A DNA stretch of 25,654 bases from Octopus sinensis (GCF_006345805.1 NW_021836032.1:1-25654), one strand, 5' to 3'; shown: positions 1 through 10,772, counted from the stretch's first letter. Numbers and translations: made by a program. The notes: generated by a model not told the origin, from the letters alone.

Positions 1-235
1 ACGAATAATGACACTGAGCGAACGGGTGGAAAATAGAAGAAAAAAAGAAAATTGACAAAAAGTAAGAAAGAATGAAACAAATAAAGAAATAAATAAGAAA
101 GAGAGAGAGTGAATGGACTGTAAAAGAACAAAGAAGGAAAAATGAATGAGACGAGACATAAAGACATGACAATGAATAAAGATTGCAAAGAAAATAAAAA
201 TAAAGAAGGTAATATAGGTGAGTAATGAAAATAGT

Positions 236-385
236 GTTTCTGTTTTAGGCACAGGGCCAACAATTTTGAGGGGATGGGATTAATCGATACCACTAACTCC
301 TGTTCTTGACCGCTATCCCTACTTTATTGACCCGGTTGGATGAAAGGCAAGATTTAGTTCAAGAAGGTTTGATCTTAAAACGTAA
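236..385 (-). mobile_element. SINE family B, tail variant B2, decayed and 5'-truncated
   Basis: Degenerate match to other copies (gacccggttggatgaaaggcaag; taggcacagggccaacaatttt tail). Confidence 0.6.
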
Positions 386-389
386 ATAA

Positions 390-560
390 TGTTGGTGTAT
401 TTATGTTCCTGCCACTTAGCGGTTCGGCAAAAAGACAGATAGAATAAGTACTAGGCTGAGCAATAAAGAAAAAAAAATTAAGTTCTGGGATCGATTCATG
501 CGACTAAAATTTCTTCAAGGCGTTGCTGAAGAATGAGCGCAAGTCTAATGGCTAAACCAA
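390..560 (+). mobile_element. SINE family A, 3' half
   Basis: cttagcggttcggcaaaaagacagatagaataagtactaggct matches full copies at 1217, 12949 and 20017. Confidence 0.75.
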
Positions 561-564
561 ATAT

Positions 565-828
565 GATAATAAATACAGATGCGCCCTTTTAAAGCCTAGC
601 CAGGCTCATGGGTCCGGTTTCCCGGTTTCTATGGCGTATGCGTTTCCCAGCTCGACGGGACACCAGTCCATCGCAGCGTTACACATTTTTGCCAGCTGAG
701 TGGACTGGAGCAACGTGAAAATGAAGTGTTTTGCTCAAGAACACAACGCGTCACCCGGTCCAGAAATCGAAACCACAATCTTACGATCATGATGCTGACA
801 CCCTAACCACAAAGCCACGCGCCTCCAC
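565..828 (-). mobile_element. SINE family C (tRNA head) with an 11-bp TSD
   Basis: Minus strand reads gtggaggcgcgtggctttgtggttaggg...gtttcgatt (A/B-box-like), then ccactcagctg...ctgcgatggactgg. aaaccaaatat is repeated at 554-564 and 829-839. Confidence 0.75.
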
Positions 829-854
829 AAACCAAATATAAGATACAAGATAAT

Positions 855-995
855 GTTTTCTTTTGAAGGCACAAAGCTTGTAACTTTGAGGGAAGAGGAT
901 CAGTCGATAATAAAGTAAATTGACTGCTATTTCATATTATTGATCCTGAGATGAAAGGTACTATTGACCTCGACAGGATTTCAACTGAAAACATA
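855..995 (-). mobile_element. SINE family B (B2 tail), decayed
   Basis: gatcctgagatgaaaggt...gacctcgacaggatttcaact and the aaggcacaaagcttg tail match other B2 copies. Confidence 0.55.
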
Positions 996-1038
996 AAGCA
1001 GGAAGATATACTGTAATATATTTTGTTCGACTCTAGTG

Positions 1039-1772
1039 CAGTGGCTCTCAAAGTGGTCAGTACTTCCCCCTTTAGGGGCGGTGGAAAGATCAAGGGGTGT
1101 GGTTGAAAAAAGTGGGATGATTTTGGGGCGGCCAAAATGGGGTGATAGATGTAAGAAAAGAGTGGCTGCGTGGTAAGTAGCTTGCTTACCAAAATGGGGT
1201 GATAGATGTAAGAAAAGAGTGGCTGCGTGGTAAGTAGCTTGCTTACCAACGACATGGTTCGAGGTTCATTACCACTGCGTGGCACCTTGGCCAAGTGTCT
1301 TCTGCTATAGCCTCGGGCCGACCAAAGCCTTGTGAGTGGATTTGGTAGACGGAAACTGAAAGAAGCCCGTCGTATATATGTATATATATGTATGTGTGTG
1401 TATATGTTTGTGGGTCTGTGTTTGTGCCACCCCCCTAACATCGCTTGACAACGGATGGTGGTTTGTTTACGTTCCCGTAACTTAGCGGTTCGGCAAAAAG
1501 AGACCGATAGAATAAGTACTAGGCTTACAAAGAATAAGTCCTGGGGTCGATTTGGTCGACTAAAGGCGGTGCTCCGGCATGACCGCAGTCAAATGACTGA
1601 AACAAGCAATAGAGTAGGTTAATTACCTTTAAGTTTTATTTGTGAAATACAGTTGCTTTGAATTTGCTACAGAAAGTGGTCTATAACTGTGGTAGTGAAG
1701 GCGTGGGGGCACCAGGAATATGGCATGGGTGCTAAGGGGGCGGCAGCCTGAAAAAAAATATGGAAACTACTG
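1039..1772. mobile_element. Non-autonomous hAT (Charlie-like) MITE interrupted by a SINE A copy
   Basis: Left end CAGTGGCTCTCAAA at 1039; right end ATGGAAACTACTG at 1772; imperfect TIR resembling the CAGTGGTTCTCAA Charlie-type end. Left flank ctctagtg resembles the NTCTAGAN target. No right TSD seen. Confidence 0.5.
1217..1615 (+). mobile_element. SINE family A, full length, with internal (TA)/(TG) microsatellite
   Basis: A box tggctgcgtgg, B-box-like ggttcatt; colinear with the copies at 12949 and 20017. Confidence 0.9.
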
Positions 1773-1823
1773 CAGTGCATGGCCTAATGTTTAGGGTGTT
1801 AGATCTTGAGATCAATGACTTGA

Positions 1824-1980
1824 CGTTTCCATGGTATGTAAGTGATTGAGATTTGCACACCCTGAATAGGACCCAGTCTATCTCAGAGCTTACCCTCCTT
1901 ATATTACAGCTGAGTGGATTGGATCAATGTGAAAATAGGTGCGCTATTCTAGAACACAACGCTCCTGTCTAGTCCGGGGC
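1824..1980 (-). mobile_element. SINE family C-related fragment
   Basis: cagctgagtggattggatcaatgtgaaa...agaacacaacgc matches 693-750; inverted relative to 2350-2581. Confidence 0.6.
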
Positions 1981-2096
1981 ATTACGTATCGGGGCGGGAC
2001 GTTACGTCTTAGTGCAAAACAATTGATTTCACATTGCTGCTGTAAACATGACAGCGACAAAATTTGAACTCAAAACACAGAGCCGGTAAAAACGTT

Positions 2097-2302
2097 GGCT
2101 TCAAATTTTGGTACAAGGATAACAATTTCGGGGCTGGGCTAAGTTGATTACATCGACGCCAATACTCATGGTATTCTTTTTTATCGACCCGTTAAAGATC
2201 AATGTCGACCTCAGCGGAATTCAGCCTCAGAACGTAAAGACGGACGAAAAGCCATTAAGCATTTTGCTCGACCTGCTAACGATTCTGCCAGATTGCTGCC
2301 TT
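2097..2302 (-). mobile_element. SINE family B (B2 tail), near full length
   Basis: atcgacccg...gtcgacctcagcggaattcagcctcagaacgtaaag...gctaacgattctgccag. Confidence 0.8.
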
Positions 2303-2349
2303 ATAAAAACCAATATAAATATTGGAAGCTATTTCCTTTCGACTCTCAA

Positions 2350-2581
2350 ACGCTGGCCTATTGGGTAGTATGTCGTACTCAAGGTCGTAAGATCGTTGTT
2401 TCGATTCCCGGACCGGGCAGGGGCGTTGTTTTATAAAGCAAAATACTTATCTTCACATTGCCCCAATTCACTCAGCTGCAAATGAGTTACTGTAATAGTG
2501 GAGAAGTCAACCCTGCAATGTACCGGTCCTATTCAGAGCTCAGGGCTCACGAATCTCATTCATTTATGCACCATGGAAACA
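2350..2581 (+). mobile_element. SINE family C-related copy
   Basis: tggcctattgggtag...gtttcgattcccggaccggg...cactcagctgcaaatgagt. Confidence 0.65.
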
Positions 2582-2602
2582 TATATATATATATATGTGT
2601 GT

Positions 2603-2638
<36 letters not shown>

Positions 2639-3175
2639 CACTCGTTACGAGATCAGTAACTGACTGTCACTTCTATATCCATACACTGTGAGTAGAGTGT
2701 GCATATGTGCGTGTATGTACATATGCATGCTACATATAAGTATATGAGTTTGTAGGAGAGAGAGAGAGAGAGAGAAAGAGAGAAGGTGAGAGTGAAAGAA
2801 AGAAAGAAAAAGTAAAGAGAAAGAAAAAAAGAAAGAAAGAAAAGACAAAACATAAGTGAAATTGATTCATCAATGCGTTTTCAGCCATCCATTTAAAAAC
2901 CAATGTTGGTCGTCAGGCAACAGACGTCGACTAATATCGCAATACAATATATGGTTTGTTCAGTATAACGCGTTATTAATTGACAAGTGCGATAGATATC
3001 GTACCGTAGCGCAGACAAGTAAGGAGTTATTTATTCACATTCATGCACACATGCAAGCATGCACGCACACTTACGCACATTTAATTATCATGCGTTTACA
3101 CTGCTCCAGAACAGTAATTTTTTTCAACTTACCACCATTTTGTAATCGTCGTTTCACATACAAAAGACAGTGAAA

Positions 3176-3374
3176 TTATTCTTTATACTAAAAGCACAAA
3201 GCCTGAAATTTTGTGGGAGGGTTCTAGTCGAGTGCATCGACCCCAATGTTTCACTGGTACTTAATTTATCTACTCCGAAAGGATAAAAGGCAAAGTCGAC
3301 CTTGGCAGAATTTGAACTCAGAACGTAGCGGTAGACGAAATATTGCTAAGCGTTTCGCCCGGCATGCTAGCGAT
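3176..3374 (-). mobile_element. SINE family B (B2 tail)
   Basis: aaaggcaaagtcgaccttggcagaatttgaactcagaacgtagcgg core. Confidence 0.85.
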
Positions 3375-3587
3375 ATTTTAAATATTATACACTCTTGAAA
3401 TAAACTTAGATTAAAATATCGGTTGTATAACATTCACAATGAGTTTATGAAGGTGGAACAGTACAAGAAAACATAAAATGGCTAGTAGATCTATCATTAT
3501 AAAAAGCTAAGTACTCGGTACACAAAACCTCCAACTACAAATATATAATTTTTGTCTTCGCTCAGTGCTCAACAAGAACTATTAAGC

Positions 3588-4140
3588 TTTCTTTGCTGGC
3601 CGCAAGGGCCGTTCACAAAACAGGAGGACAATGAGAAACAAAAGAAACAGGATTTACATAAAATACGTGTAAACAATAAAAACAATAACAATTAACTATA
3701 AAATTATCACAATAAAATTCTCCAATTGCGGGAAGTACTATCCAGAGGCGACTAAAGAATCCCATGGATCCTGAATCACTCTGCTTACCAGGTGCACCAT
3801 GGTAAGTGCTCCCCGTTTCTCCGTGTATTTACTCGAGCCATTCTCACTACACTCACCCACCTTTCAACAAATTTACTGGGAGACAATATCTTCCCCACCC
3901 TCACTTTTCTGTCCAATTAGAGTATGATAAATTTAATGGGAGTTTCGCCGAAGAGGAGAGTGCATGTCTTCAGCCTTTTCAGTCGCGTTTACCATACAAC
4001 TTTTCTCGTCATAGACACAAAACAGAAAAACTACTTCTTCACCCAGGCCAAATGATGGAGGTGAGGTGATGTTCACCATAAAGTCGGCCGATAGCCGAAT
4101 CCGTCCTACGCGTGACAGTATATGGTTGACATACGATATG
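3588..4140 (-). mobile_element. 5'-truncated L1/Tx1-like LINE: degenerate ORF2 C-terminus plus 3' UTR
   Basis: Manual minus-strand translation (frameshift and stops): ISYVNHILSRVGRIRLSADFMVNITSPPSFG..VSMTRKVVW*TRLKRLK..LDRKVRVGKILSPSKFVERWVSVVRM, resembling the K-x-I-W-x-x-R and F-x-x-R-W motifs ending Tx1/L1 ORF2. The 3' end resembles the tail at 8341. Confidence 0.65.
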
Positions 4141-4789
4141 TAATAACAATTTTACTTTCAATTATGTTATGAAGCTAGTTATTCAAGCTCTAATTTCATT
4201 ACAATTATATGAATCATTAGACTACTTTTTTTTAAATGAAAACTGTGATAGTTTAGTTGCTAAAAAGCACTATAAGCACGCGAAAATGATAATCACGTTG
4301 CCTTTTAAAGACGAGTATGATTTTATGTTGAAGTAGTCTCATCTCAAGAAGTAGGCCTATCTTGTCTCCATCGCTTAAAGACTTGCAATTTTCGTAATCA
4401 AAGAAAAGTTACATTTATGTGTATTGGCACTCCTCATTTAGAAATGTTTGTCATTTAAGAAAACTAACATTTAAACTGGATGTTTTACTGCTTGTAGTTT
4501 CCATATTGGAAACAAGGGAAAAAATGCTAATAAAATAATGAATAATAGTGCAATGATAATAAATAACAACAGTGCGATACCGCCTGCCACTTAAACCAAT
4601 GTTGAAATTGATAGGAAAATGATAAAATAACAAATGAGAGAGGAAAAAGAGAACAATTTGCATTACAAATAACTGTTAAATGGAAGGTTTGTTTTTATTC
4701 GTATTATTTTTTAATTTATACGTCTGTCAAATTTCTTTCGTCACACATTCTATGACCTTATCAGTGACTTTCTGTCCAATGGGTTTCCG

Positions 4790-5019
4790 ATTTCTTTACT
4801 GCCCACAAGGGGATAAAGACAGAGGGGACAAACAAGGACAGACAAACGGATTAAGTCGATTGTATCGACCCCAGTGCGTACCTGGTACTTATTTAATCGA
4901 CCCCAAAAGGATGAAAGGCAAAGTCGACCTCGGCGGAATTTGAACTCAGAACGTAGCGGCATACGAAATACGGCTACGGATTTCGCTCGGCGTGCTAACG
5001 TTTCTGCCAGCTCGCCGCC
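4790..5019 (-). mobile_element. SINE family B, B1 tail, full length
   Basis: Reverse complement of 23892-24124 with high identity; A box tggcagaaacg, B box gagttcaaattcc. Confidence 0.9.
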
Positions 5020-5097
5020 TTATACCGTTTATTTTATTTTGTCCACTTGAAGGCCAAAATAGAATAAACAGTCTTTCTGAAGGACACATGAGACAGA

Positions 5098-5140
5098 GTC
5101 ACTGATGAGGTTACCGAATGTGTGACGAAAGAACTTTGAC
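5098..5140 (+). ncRNA. Minimal type I hammerhead ribozyme-like motif
   Basis: gtca-CTGATGA-g-GTTAC(cgaatgt)GTGAC-GAAA-g(aa)c-TT-tgac: stem I gtca/tgac, stem II 5 bp, minimal stem III. Confidence 0.55.
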
Positions 5141-5261
5141 AGACGTATAAACTAAAAATAACAGGAAGGTTTGTTGTTGGTCTAAAATTATTGTTTGCCT
5201 GTCCGTGCTTTGGAATACATAGCCATTCATTGGTTGGGTTAGTGTTTGTTTTCTTCAATAA

Positions 5262-5612
5262 ATTAATAAACTGGGTTCGGACATGCAAAGGTTTCTTCTC
5301 TGCAGTTCAAGGTGAGGTTCTGTTTCTTAATCCAGATGTTCGAACCTTCTGTGTGTATTTCTTCGGCATGTTACACTGTGGTGGAATTCTACACTAGATG
5401 TTGCTCCCTTGCACATATATCCTTACATTCCGATGTGTAACTGCTGTTCTGATGATCCGAGTTACATCTCACCACAATAAACGAATGACAAAATAACATC
5501 ATTTCTTTCAATACCTTTTATTAGCTTGCAGTTGTTTCTGCTATCAGTAAGTGTGCCCCCAGAACAGAATGCCAACGCAGTATGATATAAACTTTCTTGG
5601 AGGCGTTTGAAA
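5262..5612 (-). mobile_element. Penelope-like element remnant, GIY-YIG endonuclease C-terminus (pseudogenised)
   Basis: Minus strand: DVILSFVYCGEM*LGSSEQQLHIGM*GYMCKGATSSV..H...C and, in another frame, IWIKKQNLTLNCREE. Homologous to 6296-6560 and 10615-10752. Confidence 0.6.
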
Positions 5613-5674
5613 TATACATACATACATACGTATATATATATAAATATATATATATATATAAATATATATATATA

Positions 5675-6041
5675 TCTTTATATAAAAAGCTGAAGTTGTC
5701 TGTGTGTGGCAGGTCTGGTAGCCTTCAACTATCACTATCTCCTCCGAGACCCTGCGGTGCAAGTTCACCAAAATTGAGAATATGATAAAAGAAGGCTTGC
5801 TCTTCATTCCGTAGAAGAATAAAATCGGACCATGTTAACGCCAAAAATTATTTACATCAAAAAGGTGCTTTTTTTTCTATGAAAATCCCTATTTTTTTAC
5901 GATTTTTTGACTGCTGTGTTGCCATTTTTCGGTGTATTTCAACCAGAAAAATATTCACGCAAAATTTTTACTTTTCAAAAATTCCAATTCTAAAGGGTAT
6001 AAAAGAAAACAAACCCGAGCGACGCCGGGCTGTACTATTAG
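5675..6041 (+). mobile_element. Non-autonomous Helitron
   Basis: 5' A|TC(tttatataaaa) at 5675; subterminal hairpin cccgagcgacgccggg at 6014-6029; end TTAG|T (CTAG variant) at 6038-6042; A|T target; no TSD. Confidence 0.7.
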
Positions 6042-6051
6042 TATATATATA

Positions 6052-6250
6052 TTTAACGGGAAGGTTTACGAAAATATAAAAAAGACGAAGGCAGGTGGAA
6101 TACAAACAAACAAATGTATTAGTATGGCGCTCAGGAATAGAGATAGAACAAGTCTTTTACGTTTCGAGCCTACGCTCTTCGACAGAAAGATACACAGAAA
6201 AAAAACAAGGAGAGAAAAAATGCGTGTAGGAGCTAACGATCTAACATGGC

Positions 6251-6251
<1 letters not shown>
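6052..6251 (-). mobile_element. ~200-bp TA-embedded element carrying a hammerhead-like motif (6153-6190)
   Basis: Flanked by (TA)n. Minus strand tcttt-CTGTCGA-a-GAGC(gtag)GCTC-GAAAC-GTA-aaaga. Confidence 0.6.
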
Positions 6252-6286
<35 letters not shown>

Positions 6287-6295
6287 CACATGTAT

Positions 6296-6770
6296 AATAA
6301 TAAACTGGGTTCGGATGCGCAAAGTTCTATTCCATTTTATGGTTTATAAGCATTAATATATATTTCCACTTGTCCGTTTCTTCTCTGCAGTTCAAGTTGT
6401 GGTTCTGTTTCTTAATCCAGATGTTCGAATCTTCTCTGTGCATTTCTTCGGCATGTTACACTATGGTGGAATTCTACAAAAGATGTTGGTCCCTTGCACA
6501 TGTGTCCTTACATTCCGATGTGTAACTGCTATGATCCGAAGTACGTCTCGCCACATTAACAAGTTATGTCTTGAGCAGCATTGGTTTTTAAGTATAACGA
6601 TCAAACGCTGTCTACTAATTAATTTTCTGATGATTGGACTCAGCGAAAACAGTATTATTCTTGTGATATTTTAGCTAGATCGACGATAGGCTTGGTTAAA
6701 AAGAATAACTGTCCTATCATTCTGACAGGAAGATCAGATTCTTTTACGCTGCTTCTTGATCAGTTATCCT
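6296..6770 (-). mobile_element. Penelope-like GIY-YIG remnant, second copy
   Basis: Minus strand 6600-6481: SLYLKTNAAQDITC*CGETYFGS*QLHIGM*GHMCK, matching NVVYxITCxxCxxxYIG...L..R..EH; later NIWIKKQNHNLNCREE. Confidence 0.65.
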
Positions 6771-6774
6771 ATAT

Positions 6775-6857
<83 letters not shown>

Positions 6858-6860
6858 ATT
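6770..6860. repeat. (TA)n microsatellite
   Basis: Direct reading. Confidence 0.95.
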
Positions 6861-7158
6861 AAGATAACGCATACATACAAGTATGTATGTAGGTATTATC
6901 GATTGCTTTGTAGCGTGAATCTGGAAATTACTTTTATTATTATTTTTTTGACAATATGTAATTAAACACCCACATTTATGTATATGTATATATATATATA
7001 AATTTATGATTGAAACCACCATTGTCCTTAACTTACATTTTCTTTACCGTCGTTTCCCCACCTTACCCCTTCTTTTCTATGTAATTTCTTATGATTATTG
7101 TTAAGTAGTGCGAAATTATTAACAGACATAGAGCAAGTGATGTTCGTAACAAAAGAAT

Positions 7159-7194
<36 letters not shown>

Positions 7195-7217
7195 ACATAC
7201 ACTTACACATGTACACG

Positions 7218-7248
<31 letters not shown>

Positions 7249-7272
7249 TTACACATGTACACGCGTACACAA
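7159..7272. repeat. (CA)n microsatellite with duplicated interruption cacttacacatgtacacgcgtaca
   Basis: Direct reading. Confidence 0.9.
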
Positions 7273-7481
7273 ACATATATAGGATATGAGAACAACTTTA
7301 TGAAAAGGACAAAAAACAAAGATTGAAACGCAATCTTCTTTTTAATCAAACCTGTTCAACAGTAAATCTATTAGTAGTATACAAAAATACGTAAAAACAA
7401 TGCAACTCTCTCTCTCTCTACACACACACGCGCGCGCGCGCGGCAACATACACACGCACACACACACACACATACACACAT

Positions 7482-7878
7482 GGGGGAAGCACTCCGTCGG
7501 TTACGACGACGAGTGTTCCGGTTGATCCGAATCAACGGAACAGCTTGCTCGTGAAATTAACGTGTAAGTGGCTGAGCACTCCACAGACACGTGTACCCTT
7601 AATGTAGTTCTCGGGGATATTCAGCGTGACACAGAGAGTGACAATGCCGGCCCTTTGAAATACAGTTTGTTTAAGAGCCTTTGAAATACAGGTACAACAG
7701 AAACAGGAAGTAAGAGTGAGAGAAAGTTGTGGTGAAAGAGTACAGCAGGAATCACCACCATCCCCTGCCGGAGCCTCGTGGAGCTTTAGGTGTTTTCGCT
7801 CAATAAACACTCACAACGCCCGGTCTGGGAATCGAAACCGCGAGTCCGCTGCCCTAACCACTGGGCCATTGCGCCTCC
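7482..7878 (-). mobile_element. SINE family D (tRNA head), inserted in (CA)n
   Basis: Minus strand begins ggaggcgcaatggcccagtggttagggcagcggactcgcggtttcgattccc (A and B boxes); hairpin near its 3' end at 7515-7541. Confidence 0.75.
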
Positions 7879-7927
7879 TTATACACATACACACATACAC
7901 ACATACACACATACACACACATGTACG

Positions 7928-8115
7928 TGTGTCGTTGGCAATTTCTTTTCCTTCTTTGGACTTTTCCCTCTTTCTCCTTTCCAACGATGAGCTATGCTCG
8001 AAACATCAAACTCTCTCCTTTCACCGAGCATCAAGCTAATATACTTTTTATGCACGACATCATGTTGTCCGTTTTTATTTGTTTATTTCAATTGTTTGTT
8101 TATTTGAATTGATTA
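7928..8115 (+). mobile_element. Decayed copy of the ~200-bp hammerhead-bearing element at 11586-11786
   Basis: Colinear: cgttggcaattt...ttggacttt...gagc(tat)gctcgaaac...ttgattac. Confidence 0.7.
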
Positions 8116-8161
8116 CATAGCTAGCTAGCTAGCTAGATAGATAGTTAGTTAATTAGTTAGT

Positions 8162-8228
<67 letters not shown>

Positions 8229-8237
8229 TTAATTAGT

Positions 8238-8296
<59 letters not shown>

Positions 8297-8305
8297 TTAA
8301 TTAGT

Positions 8306-8342
<37 letters not shown>

Positions 8343-8554
8343 TTCTTTATTGACCACGCAGGGCTGAACACAGAAGGGACAAAATACAAAGCAGAGCTTT
8401 TGTTTTCGGGAAGAAGGGGGAAAAAAGAGGGGGGAATTCCGATCAAAAGGAATCGTGAAAAAAAAAAGAAAAAAAGAAGGGGGCGATCAATAGGGATCGT
8501 GTATCACAGAAATGTCAATGTAAAAGGGGAAAATAGATTAGGTTTGTCCGTGGA

Positions 8555-8648
<94 letters not shown>
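8116..8648. repeat. (GATA)n tract interrupted by a LINE 3' UTR fragment
   Basis: Direct reading; includes repeated gttaattagtt interruptions. Confidence 0.95.
8341..8555 (-). mobile_element. Probable LINE 3' UTR fragment in (GATA)n
   Basis: Minus strand ends ttgtcccttctgtgttcagccctgcgtggtcaataaagaaat, nearly the same as the SINE B1 tail, but the upstream sequence is unrelated to the SINE. Confidence 0.6.
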
Positions 8649-8651
8649 TAA

Positions 8652-8818
8652 TTTTATCTTCGTGATTGTTTCCGCCATTGGACTACGGCTATGCTTGAGT
8701 TTATTGGATCGGATCGGCCTCAGTACATAGACTTATTGTTTTTAAGCCAGGTACTATTCTATCGGGGCTTTTTGCCAAACCACTAGCTTACTTTGACGTA
8801 AACAAATCATTGCCGGTT
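8652..8818 (-). mobile_element. SINE family A, 3' half, decayed
   Basis: ggtactattctatcggggctttttgccaaaccactag...gacgtaaac is the reverse complement of the A 3' half. Confidence 0.65.
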
Positions 8819-9225
8819 GCTGGCAGAAAAGTTAGCACGGCGGGCGAAATGCTTAGCGGTATTTTGTCTGCCGCTACGTTCTGAGTTCAAATTCCACCGA
8901 GGTCGACTTTGCCTTTCATCCTTTCGGGGTCGATAAATTAAGTACCAGTTACGCACTGGGGTCGATGTAATCGAATTAATCCGTTTGTCTATCCTTGTTT
9001 GTCCCCTCTGTGTTTAACCCCTTGTGGGTAGTAAAGAAATAGGTATTTCGTCTGCCGCTACGTTCTGAGTTCAAATTCCGCCGAGGTCGACTTTGCCCTT
9101 CATCCTTTCGAGGTCGATTAAATAAGTACCAGTTACGCACTGGGGTCGATGTAATCGACTTAATCAGTTTGCGTGTCCTTGCTTGTCCCTTCTGTGTTTA
9201 GCCCCTTGTGGGTAGTAAAGAAATA
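8818..9225 (+). mobile_element. SINE family B1 tandem dimer
   Basis: Two consecutive body+tail units joined at aaagaaata|ggtatttcgtctgccgctacg (~9041). Confidence 0.9.
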
Positions 9226-9370
9226 GGTTATCAAAAATTGTGAGGACAAACACAATGATATGAACACATAATGCATATATGCATACACACAAACGCAAAA
9301 ACGCACGCACACACACACACACATACACACACACACACATACACACACACACACGCGCGCGCGCGTAGTG

Positions 9371-9490
9371 GACGATTTTCCATACAGTTTCCACCTAGCA
9401 AATTCACGCACAGGACCTTGTTCGTCTCGGAGCTACAGTAGAAGATAACTGTACAGAGTGTGCTGTAATGTGGGACTGAAACCGAAATTT
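9371..9490 (-). mobile_element. SINE family A, 5' half, decayed
   Basis: cagtttccacctagcaaattcacgcacagg...gctacagtagaaga...gtgggactgaa. Confidence 0.6.
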
Positions 9491-9659
9491 CTTAATCATG
9501 CACACACACACACAAACACACACACACACACACATACACACACACACACATGCGACGGGCGTCCATAAAGCTTCCTCCAAGCAAATTCATTCACAGGATA
9601 TCACGAGTAGAAGCTACATGCCCAAGATACTTAAGCCTTATATGTGTGTGTGTTGTGTG

Positions 9660-9875
9660 TGTGGCTTTATGTCTGTGTTGGTCCTGCACCACCGCTTGAC
9701 AAGTGGTGCTGGTGTGTTTACGTCCCCATAATTTAGCGATTCTGCCTATTTAAAACAATACAAAGAGTACCAGGCTTGAAAAGCAAAAATAAGCACTGGG
9801 TCGGTTCATTCCTCCAGGCGGTGCCCCAGTATAGCCACAGTCTGTTGACTGAAACAAGTAAAAAGATAAAAGATA
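9660..9875 (+). mobile_element. SINE family A, 3' half
   Basis: ccgcttgacaagtggtgctggtgtgtttacgtcccc...gactgaaacaagtaaaaagat. Confidence 0.7.
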
Positions 9876-10274
9876 TATATATATATATAATGTTTGTATG
9901 TATTACTCACAGGTAAAATATGTAGTGAAACACTATGTCAATAAATTGTTTTTGTTTTTGCTTGTTGATTATTAGTAAAGCAATTATACAACAAAAACAA
10001 AAAAAAAAAGACAGAATAATTAAAAACAATATTAATGAAAGGATAATTATTTCTCTTGTCTATAGTGATGATGATCAAGGGTAGGAAACTTTAATTGTTT
10101 TATTGCTGTCTTCACTAAACAAGTTGAACATACTCAACACGGACAATGGAAAACCTAGTTAGTGACTTAGCTCTCAAAGAGGTCATAATCATGGGTTTTC
10201 CCATCTCTCTCTCTCTTTCTCTCTCCCTCACTCACTCTCTATCTCCCAAACACACTCAGACTCTCTATTACTTG

Positions 10275-10510
<236 letters not shown>

Positions 10511-10614
10511 AGGTTACGAAACAACTTATTAGCGATACCAATAGCCAGTTATTAGAATTCAAACCACTATTTCACATGAAAACATCAGGTCTGTACAGAG
10601 CATGACATAAATTC

Positions 10615-10752
10615 ATAAACGAATGACAAAATAACATCATTTCTTTCAATACCTTTTATTAGCTTGCAGTTATTTCTGCTATCAGTAATTGTACCCCCAG
10701 AACAGAATGTCAACGCAGTATGATATAAACTTTCTGGAGGCGTTTGAAATAC
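10615..10752 (-). mobile_element. Third partial copy of the 5262-5612 Penelope-like remnant
   Basis: Near-identical to 5477-5611 (ataaacgaatgacaaaataacatc...ggaggcgtttgaaata). Confidence 0.8.
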
Positions 10753-10772
10753 CACACACAACACACACACAC

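Larger units (their letters stand above)
4705..5161. repeat. ~65-bp inverted repeat arms (4705-4769 / 5097-5161), each with a hammerhead-like motif; Penelope pLTR-like
   Basis: tttatacgtctgtcaaa(t/g)ttctttcgtcacacattc...atcagtgact occurs on opposite strands; a SINE B is inserted between the arms. Confidence 0.8.

Noticed and set aside
932-1441. 169-aa ORF and the many poly-YI, CV, THTH, poly-V/K/N ORFs in the track
   Set aside because: They are translations of SINEs and microsatellites with no domain content.
2964-3018. Possible 55-bp host exon (ttgttcag|...caa|gtaagg) in a CpG-rich unique patch
   Set aside because: Weak polypyrimidine tract and no recognisable peptide; needs RNA-seq.
6622-6660. 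CTGATGA...GAAA hammerhead-like spacing
   Set aside because: Stem I does not pair, stem II closes poorly, and it lies antisense within the GIY-YIG remnant.
7820-7878. tRNA gene
   Set aside because: A/B boxes without a complete cloverleaf; it is a SINE head, as for families A-C.
8116-8340. Regularly interrupted GATA array resembling a repeat-spacer array
   Set aside because: The interruptions are identical slippage products; no unique spacers or cas genes; eukaryotic context.
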